The notes under the pieces: generated by a model
Databases searched by the model: none
The model's input: the letters and a program-made list of their open reading frames with translations, nothing else
Told to the model about the DNA's origin: nothing
Source: an uncultured Chloroflexia bacterium
Lineage (GTDB): Bacteria > Chloroflexota > Dehalococcoidia > UBA2979
DNA: 64,000 nucleotides
Direction of reading: 5' to 3'
Assembly (NCBI GenBank): GCA_963728205.1
Contig: CAVSIV010000001.1
Coordinates: 160,001 to 224,000, forward strand
Translations under genes and position numbers: made by a program
Shown: piece by piece, positions 20,106 to 29,791 of the stretch
Layout: the number at the start of each line of letters is the position of its first letter
Position numbering within the stretch: the stretch's first letter is position 1

Positions 20106-21713
20106 CTAGCCGGCGCGCCGGCGCTCGCGACGCATGCGTCGCGCGAGCGGCTTCCACCGCTTGCGCGCGCGCCGGAGCGCGGCGGGGAAGCGTGCGCGGC
20201 GGTCGGCGATCGCCGCGCGGAACTCGTCCTGCGCCGCCCGCACGGCCGCCACCGTCTCGGGGCGCAGCCGCTCGCCCTCCGCGGCGATCAGCGCATCGAG
20301 GTCCGCGATCGCGACGACCGCGTCCTGGTGCTCGCCGAGCACGTCCTGCAGCGCGACGAGCGCCGATTGGAACCGCCGCGCCGGCTTGCCGTACAGCCCG
20401 GCGACGAACTCCGTCGCGTAGCGCGCACGCTTCGCGCGGATGCGCACCGCGTGATAGGCGGCGTCGGCCGCGCGCGGTGCAAGGCGCTTTCCCGGCTCCG
20501 CCACGCGCCGCCAGTGTCGCGCGACAATCTTCGGCGCGACGAGACGCGCGTGCCGTCGCGCCGCGGCGCGCGTCACCCGCGGGCGCAGGAGCGCCGCCGT
20601 CGCATTCGCGATCAGCGCCGCGTAGCGCGGCGACTCGAGCGTCGCCAGCATCCGGGCGCGGGCGGCCTCGCGGCGGCCGGCGAGCAGCGCGGACAGGACG
20701 GGGTCGATGCTGCCGTCGGGTGCGCGCCACGCGGCGAAGCGCCCCATCTGCACGTCGAGGTCGCGCAGCGGCGACAGCGACTCGTTCACCCAGCGCAGTT
20801 CGGCGTCGAGCGGTGCGAGCGCCGGGTCGGTCACGTCGGCGAACAGGTCGATCGCGGTGCGCATGCGGCGCACCGCCACGCGCATGTCGTGCAGCGGCTC
20901 CGCGTCGTCGCCGAGGCGCGTCCCCGGCTCCGCCGCCAGCAGGGCGGCGAGCTGCCGGCGCAGCGCGTCGTGCGCGAGCTCGGCGATGCGCATCCCGGCG
21001 TGTGTCGCCTCGCGCGGCGCCGGGCGCGGGCCGGGCGGGTGCAGCCCGGCGACGGCGAGCCCGCACTCGAACTTCGACCGCCCGGCGGCGACGAGCGCGC
21101 ACGCCTCGCGCATCGCCGACACGTACAGCGCGAGCAGCGGCTCGGCGTCCTCGCGCAGCGCCTCGACCTCGACGCGCAGCAGCGGCTCGCCGCAGGCGTC
21201 GCCCGCGACGCACGTCGAGCGGTCGAGCGCGACCTCGGCCACCGCGTGGCCGTCGGCGTCGTGGAGGAGATAACGACGGCGCGCGGTGCGCACGGTGAAC
21301 AGCTCGCGCAGGGGCAGGTCGCCGACGAGCGCGGCGATGCGCGATCCCACGGGCCCCGGCGCGCAGCGCAGCATGGCGGGGTTGCCGGCGGCGGGGCCGT
21401 CGAGCGGCTCGTTCCACTCGCGGCGACGTCGCAGCCCGGCGTCGCCGCCCCCCGTCGACTTCAGCGTGGCCTCGACGCCGCCCAGCGACGCGCGCATGCG
21501 CAGCGTGTAGCCGGCGCGCTCGACGCGCCAGTCGGGCGTGTCCAGGTAGCGGTCGCGATGCTCTCGCTCGCCCAGTGCGTCGGCGCGCAGCGCGGCGCCC
21601 TGCTCGACCCAGCGGGCGACGCGGTCGAGATCGGGCGTATCGAACTGCCACTCGATCTCGAGTGGCACGGCCGCCGTACCCGGGTCAGGCGTCTGTGGAG
21701 AGTCGCTGTCCAT
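20106..21713 (-). CDS. CYTH plus CHAD domain protein (polyphosphate-binding)
   Basis: N-terminal EIEWQF, YLDTPD, EVALD, SKFE; CHAD motifs LHDMRVAVRRMR, LRDLDV, HAVRIRAKRARY, LQDVLGEHQD. Confidence 0.9.
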   Translation of the reverse strand: MDSDSPQTPDPGTAAVPLEIEWQFDTPDLDRVARWVEQGAALRADALGEREHRDRYLDTPDWRVERAGYTLRMRASLGGVEATLKSTGGGDAGLRRRREWNEPLDGPAAGNPAMLRCAPGPVGSRIAALVGDLPLRELFTVRTARRRYLLHDADGHAVAEVALDRSTCVAGDACGEPLLRVEVEALREDAEPLLALYVSAMREACALVAAGRSKFECGLAVAGLHPPGPRPAPREATHAGMRIAELAHDALRRQLAALLAAEPGTRLGDDAEPLHDMRVAVRRMRTAIDLFADVTDPALAPLDAELRWVNESLSPLRDLDVQMGRFAAWRAPDGSIDPVLSALLAGRREAARARMLATLESPRYAALIANATAALLRPRVTRAAARRHARLVAPKIVARHWRRVAEPGKRLAPRAADAAYHAVRIRAKRARYATEFVAGLYGKPARRFQSALVALQDVLGEHQDAVVAIADLDALIAAEGERLRPETVAAVRAAQDEFRAAIADRRARFPAALRRARKRWKPLARRMRRERRRAG

Positions 21714-21793
21714 CGGAATCGCAATTGTAGACTGATCGCAAGCGGCCATGTTCGGCGTTGACTGAATGCTGGAATGAAATGCCGGGGGCGACG

Positions 21794-22276
21794 ATGGCTC
21801 ACTTCGTGCTCGCGGTCGACGTCTTTCGCTTCTCGCCGGGTGACCAGGCGACGATGCTGGCGCGCATGCTCGTCGCCGTCGTCGCGGGCGGCATCCTCGG
21901 GTGGGAGCGCAAGCGCGCGGGCCACCGCGCCGGGATCCGCACCCTGGCGGTCGTTGCCATCGGCTCCGCGATCTTCACGCTCGCCTCGATCTACGGGTTC
22001 GGCACGAGCGGGGCGAACACCTCGAACGACCCGTCGCGCGTCGCGGCGCAGGTCGCGACCGGCGTCGGGTTCATCGGCGCCGGGACGATCGTGGTGCTGG
22101 GCCGCACGGTGCACGGGCTGACGACGGCGGCCACGATCTGGGTGGCGGCCGCGGTCGGCATGGCCGCCGGCGCGGGCATGTACGTCGTGGCGCTGGCCGG
22201 CGCGGTGCTCACGACGGTCGTGCTCGAGTTCCTCCCGCACGGCGACGACGACGAGCGCGTGCCCGATGGGCCCTAG
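21794..22276 (+). CDS. MgtC/SapB family membrane protein
   Basis: GWER, AGIRT, DPSRVAAQVATGVGFIGAG, GLTTAATIW. Confidence 0.92.
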   Translation: MAHFVLAVDVFRFSPGDQATMLARMLVAVVAGGILGWERKRAGHRAGIRTLAVVAIGSAIFTLASIYGFGTSGANTSNDPSRVAAQVATGVGFIGAGTIVVLGRTVHGLTTAATIWVAAAVGMAAGAGMYVVALAGAVLTTVVLEFLPHGDDDERVPDGP

Positions 22277-22384
22277 CGCCGGCGTCGACTCCGAGATCGC
22301 TTAGCCGCGCAGAACACGCCCCTCTCCGCACGAGCGCGGTCTGCCGGCAGCGTCCGAGGGACGGCTCTTCCCCGCCACGCGATG

Positions 22385-23002
22385 TCACCGCCTCAGCGCC
22401 GTCTTCAGCGATGAGCGCCACGCGCGCGGGCGCGGTCCGCGCGCGCCGCGACGCTCCCCGCTGCGATGGTCGCCCGGGTGGCGAGCAGAGCGGCGACTCG
22501 TCTGCCTGCAGCAGCACGCCTGCACCATGCCGAACGCCGTGATGTGGATCGGCGTATCGCCCGAGTGGTGGACGTAGGTGCGCGCCTGCGTCTCCGCGAT
22601 CTCCGCGTCCAGCTCTCGCTCCGTGAAGCCGGAGCGCAGCAGCATCGCGCGGTAGGGCGCGTGGTGCATGCGCTCGTCGGGGACCCACACGTCGCGCGTG
22701 AAGCGGCCGAGCCGGCCGGCGTCGTAGCGCGCGGCGCGATCCTCGATCACGGCCGCGTAGCTGTCGGTCGCGCACTCGGTGAGCAGCGCGAGCTTGAGGA
22801 CGCCGACGAAGTCGTCGTCGCTCAGCGAGGCGGGCAGGGCGGCGAAGGCGGGGCGGATGTCGACGCGCTGCTGGAGCGCGGCGAGCTCGACCGGGTCGAC
22901 CATGCGACCGGGGTTGCGCGCGATCGCCGCGACGAGGGTGTCGAGTCGCTGCACGGCCGGGACCGGCACCGCGTAGGTGGTGGTCAGCGGCATGGGCGTC
23001 AC
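22385..23002 (-). pseudogene. Ferritin-like / acyl-ACP desaturase-like protein, apparently 3'-truncated near 22520
   Basis: LLTE and WVPDERMH first di-iron half-site; similarity ends at FGMVQ where QE...DExRH is expected. Confidence 0.55.
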
Positions 23003-23163
23003 GCCGCCCGCTCGGGGCGGAGGCCCGGCCGAGCGTCATCGGTGGTGCGCGCCCCCGTGACGGTCTCGGGCGGCAGCCACCCGCACTGCAGGCACTGGAA
23101 CTCGTCACCGGTCCAGACCACGCGTCCTCGGTCGCAGCGCGCGCAGGGCACGATTCGCGCCAT
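22999..23163 (-). CDS. 54-aa zinc-ribbon-like microprotein (not in ORF track)
   Basis: MARIVPCARCDRGRVVWTGDEFQCLQCGWLPP...; CxxC-x13-CxxC, strong RBS GAAGGGGGAG, GTGA overlap with next gene. Confidence 0.7.
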   Translation of the reverse strand: MARIVPCARCDRGRVVWTGDEFQCLQCGWLPPETVTGARTTDDARPGLRPERAA

Positions 23164-23305
23164 CTCGCTCCCCCTTCGAGCCGGTAGCTGCCGGCTCCGA
23201 TCTGTGTCAGAAGTTCGCCACCGATACCGAAAAGATGATGCATCATCACTGCACCAGATGTCAAAGCGTGTTGCGCAAGTTTCGACGCACTTCTATGCTC
23301 CGGGC

Positions 23306-24193
23306 ATGCAGTACACGGTGCAGGCGGCAGCGCGGGCCACGGGCGTCACCGAGAGCAGGCTTCGGACGTGGGAGCGGCGGTACGGGATTCCGAGTCCCGA
23401 CCGTTCGGCGACCGGTCGGCGCCTCTACAGCGAGGAGGACCTGCAGGTCATCCGGCGCATGGCCGCGCTCGTGGAGGCCGGCTTGCCCGCCGCCCAGGCC
23501 GCGGACGCCGCGCGCACCGACGCGCAGGTTGAGCTTCCGACGGCGCCCGCGGCGCCGCCGCACGCGGCCGTCTCGGCGCTCGTCGAGGCGGCCGGCCGCT
23601 TCGACGAGACCGCCGTCGCGGCGGTGCTCGCCGGCGTGCTCGAGCGGCTGGGCTGGCGCGCGGCGCTCGAGGTGGTCGTGTTTCCGGCGCTCCGCACGAC
23701 CGGCCGCGAGTGGGAGCGTGGGCGGCTCACCCCCGCGCACGAGCACTTCCTCGCGGAGCTGATCCGCTCGCGCCTCGCGGTCGCCATCGCGGCGACGCCC
23801 GAACCACCGGCCGCCGCCCCCGTCGTCCTGCTCGCATGTCCGGAGGACGAGCGCCACGACATCGGCCTGGCCGCGTTGTGGCTGATGCTGCGGCAGGCGG
23901 GCACGCGCGTCTGCTACCTGGGCGCCGACGTGCCGACGGCGGACCTCATCGCCGCCGCCGAGCAGCTTCGCCCCGCCGCCGTCTGCCTCGCCGCCACGGC
24001 GAGCGCTGCGCTGCCGATGCTCGGCATCGCCGCCCGCGCGGTGATCGCGAGCCGGCTCTCGCTGCAGCTGTTCGTCGGAGGGGCCGCCGTGGACGCCGTC
24101 GAGTCCACCCTCGACGCGCCGGGCGTGCGGCTGCCGCCCGGTGTCGCCGCCGCCGCGGACGCCATCGCGGAGCGCGTGGCGAACGCTCACTGA
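23306..24193 (+). CDS. MerR-family cobalamin-binding photoreceptor (CarH/LitR type)
   Basis: LRTWERRYG MerR HTH; W-x9-EH (WERGRLTPAHEH); ExHxxG (ERHDIG); YLGADVP. Confidence 0.88.
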   Translation: MQYTVQAAARATGVTESRLRTWERRYGIPSPDRSATGRRLYSEEDLQVIRRMAALVEAGLPAAQAADAARTDAQVELPTAPAAPPHAAVSALVEAAGRFDETAVAAVLAGVLERLGWRAALEVVVFPALRTTGREWERGRLTPAHEHFLAELIRSRLAVAIAATPEPPAAAPVVLLACPEDERHDIGLAALWLMLRQAGTRVCYLGADVPTADLIAAAEQLRPAAVCLAATASAALPMLGIAARAVIASRLSLQLFVGGAAVDAVESTLDAPGVRLPPGVAAAADAIAERVANAH

Positions 24194-24200
24194 GCCTGCC

Positions 24201-24503
24201 GCGCCGACGGAGCGGCCCCGCGCCCGCGCACGCCCGCGGCGAATTACAGAGCGTGCGAAGCCCGACCGCGCGCCGACGGAGCGGCCCCGCGCGCGCGCAC
24301 GCCGGCGGCGAACGATCAGAGCGTGCGAAGCCCGACCGCGCGCCGACGGAGCGGCCCGACGCCCGCGCACACCCGCGGCGAATTACTGCAGCGTGCGAAG
24401 CCCGACCGCGCGCCGACGGAGCGGCCGCCCGGCGTCAGCCGACGGCCGCGGAGGAGGATGAGAGCGCGGCGAATTACAGCGCGGCGAATTACTGCAGCGT
24501 GCG
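24201..24503. repeat. Tandem array of about 70-bp units (starts 24201, 24270, 24340, 24410) plus a 15-bp duplication
   Basis: GCGCCGACGGAGCGGCC four times; AGCGTGCGAAGCCCGACCGCGCGCCG three times; AGCGCGGCGAATTAC at 24463 and 24478. Confidence 0.9.
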
Positions 24504-25961
24504 CATGCTCGGCACGAACGCCAGGCAGTAGAGCACGACGAGCACCATCACCACCGCCGCGCCGCCGAGCGCGAGCGGCGCGCCGATCATCGAGGCCAGC
24601 ACGCCGACGAAGAACGTCCCCAGCGACGTCAGGCTGAACTGCATCATGTAGACGCTCATCACGCGGCCGCGGTACTGGTCCTCGACGTAGTGCTGCACGA
24701 GCACGTTGCTGAACGACTGCCGCCCGGCCTGCCCGACGCCCATCACGACCATCACCGCGGTCGTGAACCAGATCCACGGCGACGTCGTGAAGACCACGAG
24801 CATCACGCCCTGCAGCAGCGACGTGAGCAGGAACATCAGCCCGCGCCGCCGCGCTGGCAGCGAGGCCACCACGAGCGCGCCCACCAGCGAGCCGGCGCCG
24901 GTGGCGGAGAGCAGCAGGCCGAGGACGCTCGGGCCGGCGTGCAGCACGCTCGAGACGAAGCCCGGCAGCAGGAACGTGTACGGCATCGACGTCAGGATCA
25001 GCAGCATGTTCACCGACAGCACGACGCGCAGCGTCGGGTCGTGCGCGATGTAGCGAACGCCGGCGAGCATGTCGCGCATGCCGCGCGCCCGCTGCGGGCG
25101 CCGCGTCGCGCCGAGCGCCCCCTCGGCGTCGGGCTCGACGACCGGCGCGTCGGGCACCTTCGCGAGGAACGCGACCGCCGAGAGGTACGACGCGGTCATC
25201 AGGAAATAGACCCACTTCGGCGTGAAGACGGCGAGCAGGAAGCCGCCGATGCCGGGCGCGATCACGCGCATAGTGTTCTGGCCGGCGGAGTTCAGCGCCA
25301 CCGCGTTCATCAGGCGCTTCATGCCGACGACCTCGGGGATCATCGCCTGGCGCGACGGCATCATCAGCGCCTGCACGGCGCCCTGCGCGAACGCCGCGAT
25401 CAGCAGGTGCTCGTAGCGCAGCCTCCCGGCGAGCAGCAACAGCGCGACCGAGAACGCGACGCTCGCGCTCGCGAACTGCCCGATCTGCACGACGTGCTTC
25501 TTCTGGCGCACGCGGTCGGCGAGCACGCCGCCGTAGAGGGCGAGCGTGATGCCGGGGATCGCGTTCATCAGCGCGACGGTGCCGAGCGCGGCGTACGAGC
25601 CGGTGAGCAGGTACACGAGATAGCCGCGCACGACCATCTGCATGTTGACCGAGGCCATCTGCCCCAGCATCGACGCGAAGAACCAGCGGTAGGCGGGCAG
25701 GTGCAGCGAGTCGAACGTGCCGAGCCCGCGCATGGAGCCGCGCCAGCCCGGCCGCGGGGCGGTGGCGACGACGGTCGGGGTGTCCGGCGCGGGCGGCGGC
25801 GGGACGACGTCCCGCGGCGCGCGTCCGTTGCCGTTGCGCGCGGCGCCGCCGTTGCGGGCGTTGCCGTTCTCGGTGCCGGTGCCGTCGGGAGCGGGCGTGG
25901 AGCGGCCTGCAGAGCCTGCCCGGTGAGATGACGCGCGACGATCGGGCCGCGAGTGCGTCAT
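24489..25961 (-). CDS. MFS transporter
   Basis: GGVLADRV, MPSRQAMIPEVV, YRGRVMSVY; about 12 hydrophobic segments; start uncertain. Confidence 0.9.
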   Translation of the reverse strand: MTHSRPDRRASSHRAGSAGRSTPAPDGTGTENGNARNGGAARNGNGRAPRDVVPPPPAPDTPTVVATAPRPGWRGSMRGLGTFDSLHLPAYRWFFASMLGQMASVNMQMVVRGYLVYLLTGSYAALGTVALMNAIPGITLALYGGVLADRVRQKKHVVQIGQFASASVAFSVALLLLAGRLRYEHLLIAAFAQGAVQALMMPSRQAMIPEVVGMKRLMNAVALNSAGQNTMRVIAPGIGGFLLAVFTPKWVYFLMTASYLSAVAFLAKVPDAPVVEPDAEGALGATRRPQRARGMRDMLAGVRYIAHDPTLRVVLSVNMLLILTSMPYTFLLPGFVSSVLHAGPSVLGLLLSATGAGSLVGALVVASLPARRRGLMFLLTSLLQGVMLVVFTTSPWIWFTTAVMVVMGVGQAGRQSFSNVLVQHYVEDQYRGRVMSVYMMQFSLTSLGTFFVGVLASMIGAPLALGGAAVVMVLVVLYCLAFVPSMRTLQ

Positions 25962-26141
25962 GGGGCTGTGGTTGACCTCGACCCGTCGGGCCTGGCCGCC
26001 GCTGGATGCGCGCGAGCATAGCGCCGGCGCTCGCTGTGTGGGGCCACGAGTGTGATGGACGGGGCGGGGACCGCCAACGGCGGCCCCCGCCCGGGGTTGC
26101 TGCTGTGATGGCGGGCCGAGTCGGCAGGCGGACGCCTGCCG

Positions 26142-27356
26142 CTACTGCTGCGGCGCCGTCCCCAGCGTCACCTTCGCGGTGCTCGACTGGCCGTTGCGGT
26201 CGTACGTCACGGTCACCGTGTCGCCGGGCTTGTGCTGCTCGATCACCTGCGCCAGGTCGGACTCGCCCTTGATCTCGGTGTTGTCGACCTTCGTGATCAC
26301 GTCGCCCGACTGCAGTCCGGCCTGCTCGGCCGGGCCGCCCTGGCTGACCTGCCGGATCAACGCGCCCTGCGTCTGCTGGATGCCGAGCTGCGCCGCGATG
26401 CCCGGGTTCAGCGGCAGGTACTGCACGCCGAGCAGGGCGTGGTCGACCTTGCCGTTCGCGACCAGCTCGTCGGCGATCGGCTTCGCGGTGTTGATCGCGA
26501 TCGCGTAGCCGATGCCCTGCACCGGCACGCCGGCGCCCGTCGACGTCTGCACGAGCGTGTTGATCCCGATCACCTCGCCGTTGAGGTTCACGAGCGGCCC
26601 GCCGGAGTTGCCCGGGTTGATCGCCGTGTCGGTCTGGATCACGTCGAAGAGGTACGGACCCGACGTCGCGGCCGGCCCGGTCTGCGACGGCGGCTCCTGC
26701 ACGGTGCGCCCGAGCGCGCTCACCACGCCCGCCGTCACCGTCGGCCCGCCGGGCAGCGCGAGCGCGTTGCCGATCGCGACCACCCAGTTGCCGACCTGCA
26801 GCTTGCCCGAGTCCCCGAGCTTCGCGGTCGGGAGGTTGTCGCCCTTGATCTGCACGACCGCGAGGTCCGTGAGGCGATCGCCGCCGACGAGCGTGCCGGG
26901 GAACGAACGGCCGTCGGTGAGCGTGACGAGCAGCTTCTGCGCGCCCTCGACGACGTGGAAGTTCGTGAGGACGTGGCCCTGATCGTCGTAGATCACGCCC
27001 GAGCCGACGCCGGCCGGGACGCTCCCGCTGCTCAGCGCGCCGGGCTGGACCTGCTCGTTCGTGATCTGCACCACGGCCGGCTTCACCTGCTGGGTGACGT
27101 GCGTGACCGCGTTGGCCAGGCCACCGGACGCGTCGGTGCTCTGCGCGCTCGTGCCGCTCTGCGTCGTGGCGCCCGAGCCGGCCGCGGCCGCCGTGCCGGT
27201 CGCCGCCACGGTGCTCGCCGTCGCCGGCGTGCCGGCCTTGCCGGTGCACGCGACGAGCGCGAGCGCGGCGACGATCACCAGCAGGAGCAGCGAGCCGCGC
27301 AGCGCGTTCGCTCGCAGCGACGGCCGTGTCAGACCGCCTGCAGAAAGGAGTTTCAT
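26142..27356 (-). CDS. HtrA/DegP-like serine protease lipoprotein with PDZ domain
   Basis: LVAC lipobox, LTNFHV, DLAVV, INPGNSGGPL, C-terminal PDZ. Confidence 0.93.
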   Translation of the reverse strand: MKLLSAGGLTRPSLRANALRGSLLLLVIVAALALVACTGKAGTPATASTVAATGTAAAAGSGATTQSGTSAQSTDASGGLANAVTHVTQQVKPAVVQITNEQVQPGALSSGSVPAGVGSGVIYDDQGHVLTNFHVVEGAQKLLVTLTDGRSFPGTLVGGDRLTDLAVVQIKGDNLPTAKLGDSGKLQVGNWVVAIGNALALPGGPTVTAGVVSALGRTVQEPPSQTGPAATSGPYLFDVIQTDTAINPGNSGGPLVNLNGEVIGINTLVQTSTGAGVPVQGIGYAIAINTAKPIADELVANGKVDHALLGVQYLPLNPGIAAQLGIQQTQGALIRQVSQGGPAEQAGLQSGDVITKVDNTEIKGESDLAQVIEQHKPGDTVTVTYDRNGQSSTAKVTLGTAPQQ

Positions 27357-27580
27357 TGTGGTCTTCCGATCTCCCTGAACCGCGTGATTCCTCGGTGGGA
27401 GGCGTGGCATACGGCAGAAGCTGGTGGTTCTTTCAGGATATGGGCCGTCGCAATGCGGTCCCGCGCAGCCACGCGGCTTGAGGCGAGTCGTACGCTCGAT
27501 CCAGGGCGCCCGGGATCGCCGAGCGGCGACCCGGAGCGCCCGCCCCGCTCGCAACCGCCCCCACGCGATGGGGGTGACCT

Positions 27581-28354
27581 ATGCCCGACGGGCCCAGCGC
27601 TTCGCGGCCCTCCAGTGGCGGCGCGACCGCCGATGCATCCGACCGGCGCGAGCACGAGCCGTTACCGCCGCCGATCGAGACCGCCGCCTGGCGCGCCGCG
27701 ATTGCGTCGCGCAAGACCGAGGTGCCCGGCTCCGCCCGCGTGCCGTCGACGCGCGCTGCCCCGCCGGAGACCGATCTCTCGCGGCGCCGCTTCATCCGCA
27801 CGTCGTTCTGGACCGGGCTCGGGCTCACCCTGCTGGGCTCGGCCGGCCTGTTCGTCGACTACGTCTATCCGCGCCATGTCAGGGGATTCGGCGGGCCGAT
27901 CCCCGCCGGGAAGACGTCCGACTACCCGCAGGGCGGCGACCCGCAGCACCACCTCGACGGCCAGTTCTGGCTGGCGAACCTCGACCCGAAGGAGACGCGC
28001 CCGGGCGGCAGCGGCGGCGGGAACGGCTTCCTCGCGCTCTGGCACCACTGCCCGCACCTCGGGTGCACGGTGCCGTGGCGCCCCGAGTTCGAGTTCAACG
28101 GCGACAAGGGCTGGTATCGCTGTCCGTGCCACGGCTCGACCTACACGAAGGCCGGCGTCCGCGTCTTCGGCCCGGCACCGCACGGCATGGACCCGATGGT
28201 GGTCGAGATCGACGCCGGCGGGAACATCACCGTGCAGACCGGGCAGATCTTCCACGGCAGCCCGCGCAACCCGGAGCTCGCGATTGCCGGGCCGTTCCCC
28301 GCGACGACGCCGTCGCCGAAGTGGGTGTCGACGGGCGGGCCGACGAGCCCGTAG
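27581..28354 (+). CDS. Tat-exported Rieske 2Fe-2S protein
   Basis: SRRRFI plus TM helix; CPHLGC and CPCHGS. Confidence 0.92.
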   Translation: MPDGPSASRPSSGGATADASDRREHEPLPPPIETAAWRAAIASRKTEVPGSARVPSTRAAPPETDLSRRRFIRTSFWTGLGLTLLGSAGLFVDYVYPRHVRGFGGPIPAGKTSDYPQGGDPQHHLDGQFWLANLDPKETRPGGSGGGNGFLALWHHCPHLGCTVPWRPEFEFNGDKGWYRCPCHGSTYTKAGVRVFGPAPHGMDPMVVEIDAGGNITVQTGQIFHGSPRNPELAIAGPFPATTPSPKWVSTGGPTSP

Positions 28355-28366
28355 CGCGTCGCGCCG

Positions 28367-29548
28367 CTACCGCGCGCAGGCGTAGGCGCGCGTGTTCACC
28401 GGCGCCGTCAGGCCCTGCGCGCGCTGCAAGTCCGGCGTGATCTCGCTGAGCGTGAGCGCGAACGATCGGCTCGGGTCGTTCACCGATGACGCGAAGATCA
28501 CGCCCACCGCCTGCCCGTCCGTGTTCACGAGCGCGCCGCCCGAGTCGCCCGGCCGTGCCTCGCCGCGCACCACCCACACGTTGCGCCGCACGAGCTGCTC
28601 GCCCCAGATGTCGCGACCCTGCGCCTCGAGGTTGCTGACCAGCGATGCGGCGACGACCGTCTCCGGCCCGCCGCCGGGATAGCCGATGAAGGCGGCCTGC
28701 GCGCCGGCCTCGCCGTCCGTCAGCGCGAGCGGATCGACGGACAGCTCCGGCACGAGCAGCACCGCGACGTCGCGGTTTGGGTCGAACAGGATGACGGTCG
28801 CCTCGCGCGGGCGGTCGCCGGGCGCCTGCACGGTGATCGGCCCCGTGCCGGCGACCACGTGAGCGTTCGTCACGACGTGCCCGCCCCCGACCGGGAAGCC
28901 GCTCCCGAGCCGCAGCCCCCCGCACCCCACGCCCTGCACGCGCACGACCGAGCGCGCCGCCGCGGTCACTGCCGCGCTCTGCGCATTCGCCGGATCGGGC
29001 GCCGGCCCCGACGGGAACGCCGGTTCGAAGCCCGCGAACACCTGCGGCAGGAAGCGGTTCGACACGATCGTCTCGAGCCGCGCCAGCTGCGGCGGCGGCC
29101 GCGGCGCGACGTCGTCGAGGCGCCGCAGGATCGCGGAGTCGCCGATCAGCGTCGCAACCTGCGGGTTCGGGACGCGGCTGAGCGTGAGCCCGAAGTACCA
29201 GAGCAGCGCGAGCGTGACGACCGCGGTGAGCGCGGCGCCCGCGATGCCGTCGATGACGCGCACGGGCCCGACGACGTGCACGATCGTGCGCACGGGCTCG
29301 CCGACGAGCCGGCCGGCCGCGGCGCCGACCGCGGCGCCCGTCGCGAGCACGAGGATCACGATCAGCAGACGCAGGCCGAGGGACGTGACGCCGGTCGCCT
29401 CGACGATGCGCGGCGTGAGCGCCGCGGCGGCCAGGAAGCCGGCCGTGACACCGAGGTACTCGAACGCGGTCAGCCAGAACCCGCGCCGGTAGCCGGTGAC
29501 GGCCTCCCACGCGAGCACGACCGCGATGACGACGTCGAGCACACCCAT
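28367..29548 (-). CDS. MarP-family membrane serine protease
   Basis: CvpA-like N-terminus (LDVV...GYRRG), VVTNAHV, DVAVL, PGDSGG. Confidence 0.88.
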   Translation of the reverse strand: MGVLDVVIAVVLAWEAVTGYRRGFWLTAFEYLGVTAGFLAAAALTPRIVEATGVTSLGLRLLIVILVLATGAAVGAAAGRLVGEPVRTIVHVVGPVRVIDGIAGAALTAVVTLALLWYFGLTLSRVPNPQVATLIGDSAILRRLDDVAPRPPPQLARLETIVSNRFLPQVFAGFEPAFPSGPAPDPANAQSAAVTAAARSVVRVQGVGCGGLRLGSGFPVGGGHVVTNAHVVAGTGPITVQAPGDRPREATVILFDPNRDVAVLLVPELSVDPLALTDGEAGAQAAFIGYPGGGPETVVAASLVSNLEAQGRDIWGEQLVRRNVWVVRGEARPGDSGGALVNTDGQAVGVIFASSVNDPSRSFALTLSEITPDLQRAQGLTAPVNTRAYACAR

Positions 29549-29602
29549 CGGACGAGCATCATTCCGCATCGGGGCCATCACGGTCGAACGGCGCCCCAGC
29601 GC

Positions 29603-29734
29603 CCGCGGCCGCGTCGCAAGCGGCGGCTGCATGCCGCCGATGCCCCCGCGGGCCTTCGCCCGCGCCGCCCCCGCGGCCCCGTCGCAAGCGGCGGCAGCAT
29701 GCCGCCGATGCCCCCGCGGGCCTCCGCCCGCGCC
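29603..29734. repeat. 68-bp direct duplication carrying a family A variant
   Basis: CGTCGCAAGCGGCGGCWGCATGCCGCCGATGCCCCCGCGGGCCT twice, 68 bp apart. Confidence 0.85.
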
Positions 29735-29791
29735 CCGGTCCGCCGCCCCGCCCGGTCCGCCGACCATCGGTGGCGGCCACGCCGCCGTGCC

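Noticed and set aside
24201-24503. CRISPR array
   Set aside because: The intervening segments are homologous to each other rather than unique spacers, and no cas genes are present.
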